From positions 1 to 20,595 of the forward strand of contig JABCSY010000071.1 in the NCBI GenBank assembly GCA_018238625.1: a stretch of DNA of 20,595 nucleotides, written 5' to 3'. Position 1 is the stretch's first letter; the number at the start of each line of letters is the position of its first letter. The notes under the pieces were generated by a model. The model saw only the letters and a program-made list of their open reading frames with translations, had not been told where the DNA came from and ran no database searches. The translations under genes and the position numbers were made by a program. Origin of the DNA: Promethearchaeota archaeon (GTDB lineage Archaea > Asgardarchaeota > Lokiarchaeia > Sigyniarchaeales > SOKP01). Below are positions 1 to 6,350 of the stretch, piece after piece.

Positions 1-1
1 A

Positions 2-226
2 TCCGATGCAGATAAATTGGATGCGCTAGGAGCAATAGGTTTATACAGAACAATTATATATTCATTTAAATTGAAAAATGGTGGAATAGAGAAAGTAATT
101 GAACATTTAGAAAATAAAATTTTAAAATTGAAAGAAATGATATATTTAGATTATTCAAAACAAATTGCAGAGAAAAGACATAAAATAATTCTTGATTTCT
201 ACAACCAAATTAAAAAAGAAAAATGA
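2..226 (+). CDS. HD-domain phosphohydrolase, C-terminal part (5'-truncated by window edge)
   Basis: Frame is open from nt 2 and reads SDADKLDALGAIGLYRT...AEKRHKIILDFY. DADKLDALGAIG is the typical C-terminal motif of YedJ-like HD proteins. The track's TTG start at 17 is internal. Confidence 0.85.
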   Translation, partial: SDADKLDALGAIGLYRTIIYSFKLKNGGIEKVIEHLENKILKLKEMIYLDYSKQIAEKRHKIILDFYNQIKKEK

Positions 227-235
227 AATCTAAAA

Positions 236-1525
236 TTAGGATATCTTTAGAATCATATTCAATAAAATAGTAAATTTTTCTTCAGATCCCCAAACAATAT
301 AAATCTTGTTTTCAATTGGTACAGCTACTTGTTTCACAGCCATAACCCAATCTTCTCCAACATTATTAGCTGTTTTGGATCCTTTCTCAAATCGAATATA
401 TACTTCGGCACCATAATAATCCAAGATCTTCTTATCTATTATTTTGATATCCTCTAAATCAGGATTTTTGTATCCCCTCTTAATATCATCATCAATATCT
501 TCATAAACAAAAAGCTTAGCTCTTATTTTTTCAAATGATAATTGTAGAGCCGCTCTTATTACAATATGGTTATCAACCGGACTCTCATATTCAAAGATCA
601 ATAATCCACAGTCCTTTTCTACCCCTGTTACTCCAAGATTGTTAAAATCATATTCTTTGCTATACATATTTTGTAAGTCATGCTCCAATTCCGAAACATC
701 AATCCATCCATTCTCAAGTTTTTCCCCAAGAATAAACCGAAAGCTTTTTAGAATCGTGATTTCTGTCTCTCTTTGTTTAATAAAATCGTCAATTATATGA
801 TTCAAGGATATTGCTCTATATTTTTGAGGTTTTCGATCTGATTCAATTACATGTGAAACCCATCCATGTTTTTCTAACCGTTCTATTATCCGATAAATAT
901 GTGTTCTTTTTAAATCCAATAATTCCTTATTAACATTTCCAATAGTATCACCGTTTTCTCCCTTCTTAAGAAACGCTAGATATACTTCTGCTTCTTTCTC
1001 ATTTAACCCAAATCTTAATAAACCTAAATTTTGGAGATTAATAGTGTCATTTGGTAATACTTTTGGGGTAGTCCATTTTAATTCTTCAAGTTTTCCCAAA
1101 GTTGTATCTGAACCCATATATGGTTCCTTCGAACTAAGTTCTCTTAAGATATTAACAGTTTTAGGTACCGCATATAATAATAATTGACCCCCTAGGTTTT
1201 GGGGAATTTTGCATAACACACTTCTCTCGCTATCTTTAAATCCAACTATACTTTCTTGGCTAATTACTTTTTTTTTAGTTTTATTAAAGGAAACGGCAAT
1301 AAGTCTTTCTAAAGTGTTCTGTAATATTGTATATTTATTTCCTGAAAGATAGAGATACCTCGTTTCTTTCTTGCCCCAAATAGAATTAATATGTTCAATA
1401 TCATCACTTAAGTTCCAATTATCTGTAGAGTAAAGTATATCATTTTTTCCATCAATTATTACTGCTGCTATAATTTCAGGATCTTTTTTAATATCAAAAT
1501 CAATTTTAGCCAATATTTCTTCCAT
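236..1525 (-). CDS. Profilin-domain / TrmB-family winged-HTH fusion protein with an uncharacterised C-terminal domain
   Basis: Residues ~1-135 resemble Loki profilins (AAVIIDGKNDILYSTDNWNL; LYLSGNKYTILQNTLERLIA; SIVGFKDSERSVLCKI). Residues ~168-250 form a TrmB-type HTH (LRFGLNEKEAEVYLAFLKKG...KRTHIYRIIERLEKHGWV...KPQKYRA). A perfect GAGGTGA RBS lies at 1532-1538. Confidence 0.8.
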   Translation of the reverse strand: MEEILAKIDFDIKKDPEIIAAVIIDGKNDILYSTDNWNLSDDIEHINSIWGKKETRYLYLSGNKYTILQNTLERLIAVSFNKTKKKVISQESIVGFKDSERSVLCKIPQNLGGQLLLYAVPKTVNILRELSSKEPYMGSDTTLGKLEELKWTTPKVLPNDTINLQNLGLLRFGLNEKEAEVYLAFLKKGENGDTIGNVNKELLDLKRTHIYRIIERLEKHGWVSHVIESDRKPQKYRAISLNHIIDDFIKQRETEITILKSFRFILGEKLENGWIDVSELEHDLQNMYSKEYDFNNLGVTGVEKDCGLLIFEYESPVDNHIVIRAALQLSFEKIRAKLFVYEDIDDDIKRGYKNPDLEDIKIIDKKILDYYGAEVYIRFEKGSKTANNVGEDWVMAVKQVAVPIENKIYIVWGSEEKFTILLNMILKIS

Positions 1526-1546
1526 TCTTTTTCACCTCATTACTTT

Positions 1547-1559
1547 AAAAAAAAAAAAA
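1547..1559 (-). terminator. Oligo-T (T13) terminator-like tract after the actin gene
   Basis: A13 on the + strand begins 16 nt after the actin stop codon. Archaeal intrinsic terminators are U-tracts. Confidence 0.55.
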
Positions 1560-1574
1560 TATATTATAATTAAA

Positions 1575-2720
1575 TTAAAAACATCTATGTATTACTCCGG
1601 GACCCATTTCCTTATATTCTCGTCTCGTTATCCACATTCTATTAAAAGTTTTCAAAGAGCTCAATATTGAACCACCGATCCAAACCGAATACATTCTCTC
1701 TGGTGGTGCTATAATTTTTACATCAATTGATTCTGGAATTAACTCTTTTATCTCCTTTGTTAATCGCTCCTTAACTCCTGGAAACATTGTTGAGCCCCCT
1801 GAAAGAACTATGTTGCTATATAACTCTCTTCGGAGATCAACATCACATTCAGAAATAGCTCCAACAATTAGCTCATCTAAAGGCTCTAATTCTTTCCCTA
1901 TAACCGATGGATTAAAGAAACCTTCTGGAGCCAAAAATCTCTCTAAACCTATGTTAATAACTTCTCCGTCTGGCATCATATAACTTTTTTCCATTCCAGA
2001 TACTCTTTTCGAAAGTACTATTTCCTTCTCAGGATCTACAGCTACATAACACAATTTTTCCTTGATATCTCTCACAATCTCCTTTTCTGCTGAGCTTGTG
2101 AAATTATAACCTCTTTGTCTTAGCAACCTTTGTAAGTATGTTGTAATATCCCTGCCAGCGAGATCAACCCTTTGAATTGCATGACTAAGGGCAAATCCCT
2201 CGAAAATTGGAACTATATGCGATACTCCATCCCCAATATCAAGAACGCAACCCGTTGTTCTACCAGATGCATAGAGAGATAAAACTGCTTGTGTCGCAAT
2301 ATAAAGTGCTGGTACATTAAACGTTTCAAACATTATTTCTGCTAGTTTCTCTCTATTTAAACGAGGATTTAGAGGAGCCTCAGTTAAGAGAATTGGATGC
2401 TCTGATGGGTCCACCCTAAGGTCTGTAAAAAATGTATAATGCCAAATCCGTTCCATTGAAGGCCAATCATCAACCACTCCGTGTTCAATTGGAAAATGAA
2501 GGTTCATAAGACCCTTGAGTCCTACGGCTTCCTCTCCAATATACCATTCTCTTGAATATTCTTTCACATCAGGCATAATGTTTCCATATTTTGGTCTACC
2601 TATTACAGTTGGAAACACAGAACGTGGTTGATCTTCACCGGCATAACCATTTTTAGAAATTCCCGTCCCATTATCTAATACTAACGGTCTTCCACCTATA
2701 AAATCACCATTGACTGACAA
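1575..2720 (-). CDS. Asgard actin (Lokiactin-type), 381 aa
   Basis: Full set of actin motifs: [102 protein letters not shown] and C-terminal HRCF. TTG start is preceded by AAGGGG. Confidence 0.97.
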   Translation of the reverse strand: MSVNGDFIGGRPLVLDNGTGISKNGYAGEDQPRSVFPTVIGRPKYGNIMPDVKEYSREWYIGEEAVGLKGLMNLHFPIEHGVVDDWPSMERIWHYTFFTDLRVDPSEHPILLTEAPLNPRLNREKLAEIMFETFNVPALYIATQAVLSLYASGRTTGCVLDIGDGVSHIVPIFEGFALSHAIQRVDLAGRDITTYLQRLLRQRGYNFTSSAEKEIVRDIKEKLCYVAVDPEKEIVLSKRVSGMEKSYMMPDGEVINIGLERFLAPEGFFNPSVIGKELEPLDELIVGAISECDVDLRRELYSNIVLSGGSTMFPGVKERLTKEIKELIPESIDVKIIAPPERMYSVWIGGSILSSLKTFNRMWITRREYKEMGPGVIHRCF

Positions 2721-2785
2721 ATAAAACCCCTTTTATTGTTTTTATTTATATTTTCACTTATTTTTATGATAGAAAATTGATTTTT

Positions 2786-2864
2786 TATTTTCTACTTAGT
2801 AGTAAATAGAAATTCGAATATTTAAATGTTGTGACAAAGTGTCACGGTGGGATCACAATCCCAC
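2786..2864 (-). promoter_or_regulatory. Putative actin promoter: TATA box flanked by three palindromes
   Basis: TTTAAATA on the - strand at 2826-2819. GTGACA-N3-TGTCAC at 2831-2845. GTGGGAT-N4-ATCCCAC at 2847-2864. TATTT-t-CTACT-t-AGTAG-t-AAATA at 2786-2808, over the expected TSS. Confidence 0.6.
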
Positions 2865-2938
2865 AAATAAATATTTTTAACTTAGATAGTACTTCATACA
2901 ATATACGATTTTTTTTGAAAAATAAACATTATATATAG

Positions 2939-3103
2939 ATGAATGAAATGAAATGTAAATGCGTAGAATTTCCATTAAAAGAATCTAAAGCCGAACCTAG
3001 AATTAATGAGTGGTTAGAAAATAATAGCAACTTAAATATTAAATTTATTAATCAAGCAATTGTGAACGGAATAAGAAGAGTTTGCTATTATTATGAAGAT
3101 TAA
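2939..3103 (+). CDS. Small protein (54 aa), Cse60/DUF2758-like pattern; not in ORF track
   Basis: MNEMKCKCVEFPLKESKAEPRINEWLENNSNLNIKFINQAIVNGIRRVCYYYED*. The INEWL...I.I.F...YYE pattern fits a beta-alpha-beta-beta layout. A T9 tract follows at 3117-3125. Confidence 0.6.
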   Translation: MNEMKCKCVEFPLKESKAEPRINEWLENNSNLNIKFINQAIVNGIRRVCYYYED

Positions 3104-3129
3104 GATTAATCATTAATTTTTTTTTCCTA

Positions 3130-3558
3130 TTATTTTATATTCGGGTTAATTTTATTCCCACAATCATAACATTCCGCATCGTGAACGCAAATTTCACCCT
3201 TACAAATAGGGCATGTATAGAGCTCTTCTTGCTCCTTTAGCCATTTTTTAGCCCCTATTTCCTTAATTCTCTTCAGATTATTAATCATATTCACAAAATA
3301 TTTCTCTTTATAATGATTATCAATTTTTTTTAGCTTATCGCAAGGAAAAACTTCACATTCAAAACAAAATTCAATTTCCCCTTTCCTCAATAGAGAACAA
3401 TCTCTTCTTATAAACGCGCAATTTTTATTCCTAATACGGCAACCCTTACAGCCCACTTTATAGCCCCTCTCTTTAAGTAAATCCTTTTTCCAAAGAAGAT
3501 ATTGCCGGCAAGCACCACAATAAATTCCACATGGAGCTGCTAAATTATTTTCATACAT
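3130..3558 (-). CDS. DUF3795-family cysteine-rich protein with C-terminal zinc-ribbon-like motif
   Basis: APCGIYCGAC, CKGCR, CAFIRRDC, FCFECEVFPC, NLKRIKEIG, then CPIC...CYDCG. Confidence 0.85.
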   Translation of the reverse strand: MYENNLAAPCGIYCGACRQYLLWKKDLLKERGYKVGCKGCRIRNKNCAFIRRDCSLLRKGEIEFCFECEVFPCDKLKKIDNHYKEKYFVNMINNLKRIKEIGAKKWLKEQEELYTCPICKGEICVHDAECYDCGNKINPNIK

Positions 3559-3592
3559 TTCTTATTTCTCTTAAATTTTTTAGTTTATTTAA
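3559..3592. repeat. Imperfect 34-bp direct repeat, copy A (partner at 6281-6314)
   Basis: ttcttatttctcttaaattttttagtttatttaa versus ttcttatttcacctcaaatttttagcttatttaa: 29/34 identical, ungapped, counted by hand. Confidence 0.5.
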
Positions 3593-4605
3593 TTTATTAA
3601 ATTATAATATCTTTTTAACACTTTTAAAGCGTTCAATGTGATCCACTTGCTTTCTTTGCCTATCTGCTCGACTCTTACTTGCATTCGCCCATTAAATGAT
3701 TTTTCTAACTTCCATCGGCCATTTTTATCTTGTTTAGATATAACTAAATCGAAAGCGTCGCGCATACGATCGTCTTTATATCCTAACTTTGTTAATATAT
3801 CTAAAACTTCCAAGGCATCAATTTTCCACATTAATGGAAAACCAAATTGAGTCCACTCTTGCTTAGCTATAATGGTCTGATCGTGACTTTTTTTGTATAT
3901 GCGGTGATTGAGCAGATAATCTACAGCTCCACTAATTATCTCTTCAACTTTTTTTGATCTAGTATTAGGAGGAATTTCTGAAAGTGCTTTCAAATTTTTT
4001 ACAACTCCCATATGACACGTGTGTTTTCCCCAACATTGTTCCTTTTTCTCGTAAGGCCAACCACTTGGAGACTTGTTTATTCCATCATCATATCGTTGGT
4101 ATTTCAAAATACATTCAATTCCATTTTGAACCCTTGAATCCTCCAAATATCCAAACTTTATAAGAGCCCATATCATATTACCTGTTAAACATGGGATTAC
4201 TAGTTCAGGAGTGCCTCCCCTATCATCGCTACCACGAGCAGAAAACCCGCCACTTGCTCGATGTTGCGAATTGTTAAGAATAAATTCACAGGTCTTTTTG
4301 ATTCGCTCATCATTTCCATCCGCATTGAGTTCTGCTAAGAGTATGAAGCTCCACACAGTTCCTTTATATTTTGCTTTAACGTAAAAGTTATTACGGTTTA
4401 ACCAAAATTCACCATTTATTTGTTTGCTAAGAATTTTTGGGACAAGTCCAGATTTCATGATCTCTTCTTTTGCCAAAATTACCTCTGCATTATCTTCTGG
4501 TTTATTTAAAATTTCAGTTAAAGCAAAAAATCGAACTGAAGGATTATTTTCTTCTAAAAGCCAATTTATAGGGTCCTCATTCAACAAGGATTTCCAATCA
4601 TTCAT
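3589..4605 (-). CDS. Prenyltransferase/squalene-cyclase-repeat-like (alpha/alpha toroid) protein of unknown function
   Basis: WLLEENNPSVR, ILSKQINGEFW, PCLTGN, QRYDDG, CHMGVVKNLKAL, FGFPLMW, KQDKNGRW (QxxxGxW repeats), SKWITLNALKVL. ATG at 4605 is the likely start; the track starts at GTG 4617. Confidence 0.65.
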   Translation of the reverse strand: MNDWKSLLNEDPINWLLEENNPSVRFFALTEILNKPEDNAEVILAKEEIMKSGLVPKILSKQINGEFWLNRNNFYVKAKYKGTVWSFILLAELNADGNDERIKKTCEFILNNSQHRASGGFSARGSDDRGGTPELVIPCLTGNMIWALIKFGYLEDSRVQNGIECILKYQRYDDGINKSPSGWPYEKKEQCWGKHTCHMGVVKNLKALSEIPPNTRSKKVEEIISGAVDYLLNHRIYKKSHDQTIIAKQEWTQFGFPLMWKIDALEVLDILTKLGYKDDRMRDAFDLVISKQDKNGRWKLEKSFNGRMQVRVEQIGKESKWITLNALKVLKRYYNLIN

Positions 4606-4714
4606 TTTTTTTTTCACTTTTAATTAAAAATGGTTTAGACTTTTAGTTTTTTTTCATATATATTTAAAAATTATCCTGATTAATTTTAAATTCTGATAAA
4701 CACATATTAAAACC

Positions 4715-5452
4715 ATGTCAAATGAAACACCACAAAATAAAAATGATAAGAGTGATAAACCACTTCCTCTTTGGACAATAGTATTCATCCCAGTATACAT
4801 TTCGGTCTTATTTATAATCATATTTTTCCCCCTCGCTCAAAATTGGTCATGGATTGAAGCTTGGTTATTCATTATATCAGTTGTTATTAACCTGACAATC
4901 AGTTTCTTTCTCATAAACAAGAAGAATCCGCGAGTTCTTCGGAACCGGATGAAGGTGAAAAAGGTTGGTGTCACAGAGAAAACAAAAAGTTCCGCAGGAT
5001 CAGATAAATTTATACTACCGATTCTTGCTATCGGATTTATTGGTGCATTATTATTACCCGTATTCGATTACCGCAATCAATGGTCTACAATTCCTTTCAC
5101 GGTGGAGATCATAGGTCTTGTAGCTACGAATATTGGTCTAATAATCATGGATATCGCAATGGTACAAAATGCATACGCATCGAAACTACTGGATATAAAT
5201 AAAGATCAAAGACTCATCGATACAGGGTTATACAGTCACATTCGCCATCCACTCTACTCGGGAGCAGTTTTAATGATACTTGGTATGCCCATTGCATTAG
5301 GATCGTGGATATCATTAATTCCCGCTACAATCGAAGTATTAGCTTTAATAATCCGAATAAAATTCGAAGAGGAAATGCTCATTAAGGGAATGGACGGCTA
5401 TATTGAATATCGAACTCGAGTAAAATACAAAATAATACCAAAAATCTACTGA
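4715..5452 (+). CDS. Isoprenylcysteine carboxyl methyltransferase (ICMT/Ste14/PEMT) family membrane protein
   Basis: Multiple TM helices. Motifs DQRLIDTGLYSHIRHPLYSG and RIKFEEEML...GYIEYRTRVKYKIIPKIY. Confidence 0.88.
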   Translation: MSNETPQNKNDKSDKPLPLWTIVFIPVYISVLFIIIFFPLAQNWSWIEAWLFIISVVINLTISFFLINKKNPRVLRNRMKVKKVGVTEKTKSSAGSDKFILPILAIGFIGALLLPVFDYRNQWSTIPFTVEIIGLVATNIGLIIMDIAMVQNAYASKLLDINKDQRLIDTGLYSHIRHPLYSGAVLMILGMPIALGSWISLIPATIEVLALIIRIKFEEEMLIKGMDGYIEYRTRVKYKIIPKIY

Positions 5453-5680
5453 CATAACACTAAAATTTGATCCATTGTATGATCATCGATATTAACAGAA
5501 TTCTTTCTGTAATATTATCAAATCACACTTAATATTATGAATTTTAAATGATTAGTAACATTATTTCTCATTGCATTGCTATATAGATCCTTTACTTTGA
5601 CAATTTATCAGTTCAATAAATAAAGTTGATAAAAGAGATTTTGTTATTACATCCTAATTGATCATAAAAAGGTAGTTTTT

Positions 5681-6253
5681 ATTAAAGTAAATAACACTGA
5701 AATTCAAGTCATAGGAATTGTTGGATCCCCGCGTCTAGGTGGTAATACTGATATATTAGTAGATCAAGTATTAAGTGGAGCAGAAGAACTGGGAGCTTCA
5801 ACAGAAAAAGTAATATTAAATAAATTAAATATTAATCCTTGTCAAGCGTGTAATAGTTGCTATAAAACGGGTAAATGTATGTATAATGATGACATGGAAG
5901 AATTACTAGAGAAGATGGAGAAAAGTCATCTCTGGGTACTTGGCACCCCTGTATATTGGTGGGGTCCCACAGCGCAGTTTAAAACGTTTTTAGATAGATG
6001 GTACTGTCCTAAACATGAAGATTTTAAAGGTAAACATGCTATTCTAGTTATATCCCTTGGTGGTAGTTCTAGCTATGCACAATATACTATAGGTATACTA
6101 ACAGATGTGTGTAATTATTTAGGTATTGAGTTGTATGAAACAGTAGTAGCACCTGGAATGGATGATCGAGGGGCTGTACGTAAAAACACACACTTAATGG
6201 ATAAGGCTCATGATGCGGGTCAAAAAGCTATTAAAAAGTTAATTAATTCATAA
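5681..6253 (+). CDS. Flavodoxin-fold NADPH-dependent FMN reductase / iron-sulfur flavoprotein (Isf-like), probable non-canonical start
   Basis: Frame is open from 5633 and, upstream of the track's start at 5879, encodes IQVIGIVGSPRLGGNTDILV and CQACNSCYKTGKC. Downstream motifs are LGTPVYW and FKTFLDR. No in-frame ATG, GTG or TTG occurs before 5879. ATT at 5681 follows AAGGT at 5669-5673. The start position is inferred. Confidence 0.8.
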   Translation: MKVNNTEIQVIGIVGSPRLGGNTDILVDQVLSGAEELGASTEKVILNKLNINPCQACNSCYKTGKCMYNDDMEELLEKMEKSHLWVLGTPVYWWGPTAQFKTFLDRWYCPKHEDFKGKHAILVISLGGSSSYAQYTIGILTDVCNYLGIELYETVVAPGMDDRGAVRKNTHLMDKAHDAGQKAIKKLINS

Positions 6254-6257
6254 TTAT

Positions 6258-6282
6258 ATTACAAGGTAATTACAAGGTAATT
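6258..6282. repeat. Perfect 11-bp tandem duplication ATTACAAGGTA x2 (+ATT)
   Basis: Read directly from the sequence, just after the flavoprotein stop codon. Confidence 0.8.
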
Positions 6283-6314
6283 CTTATTTCACCTCAAATT
6301 TTTAGCTTATTTAA
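6281..6314. repeat. Imperfect 34-bp direct repeat, copy B, containing an orphan GAGGTGA RBS (- strand, 6289-6295)
   Basis: Matches 3559-3592. No ATG at the expected spacing and no substantial ORF follows the RBS. Confidence 0.5.
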
Positions 6315-6321
6315 ATAATTT

Positions 6322-6340
6322 AAAAAAAAATAAAAAAAAA
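6322..6340 (-). terminator. T9-A-T9 terminator-like tract after the C25 peptidase gene
   Basis: Two A9 runs on the + strand immediately downstream of the stop at 6351. Confidence 0.55.
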
Positions 6341-6350
6341 TGAGAAATTA

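Noticed and set aside
1575-1589. Actin C-terminal Cys (HRCF) as a prenylation target of the nearby ICMT/toroid genes
   Set aside because: The Cys is penultimate, not in a CaaX position, and corresponds to the ordinary conserved actin Cys374.
3638-4627. Track ORFs 3638-3850 (+) and 4424-4627 (+)
   Set aside because: Antisense shadows of the well-supported - strand gene, with no motifs.
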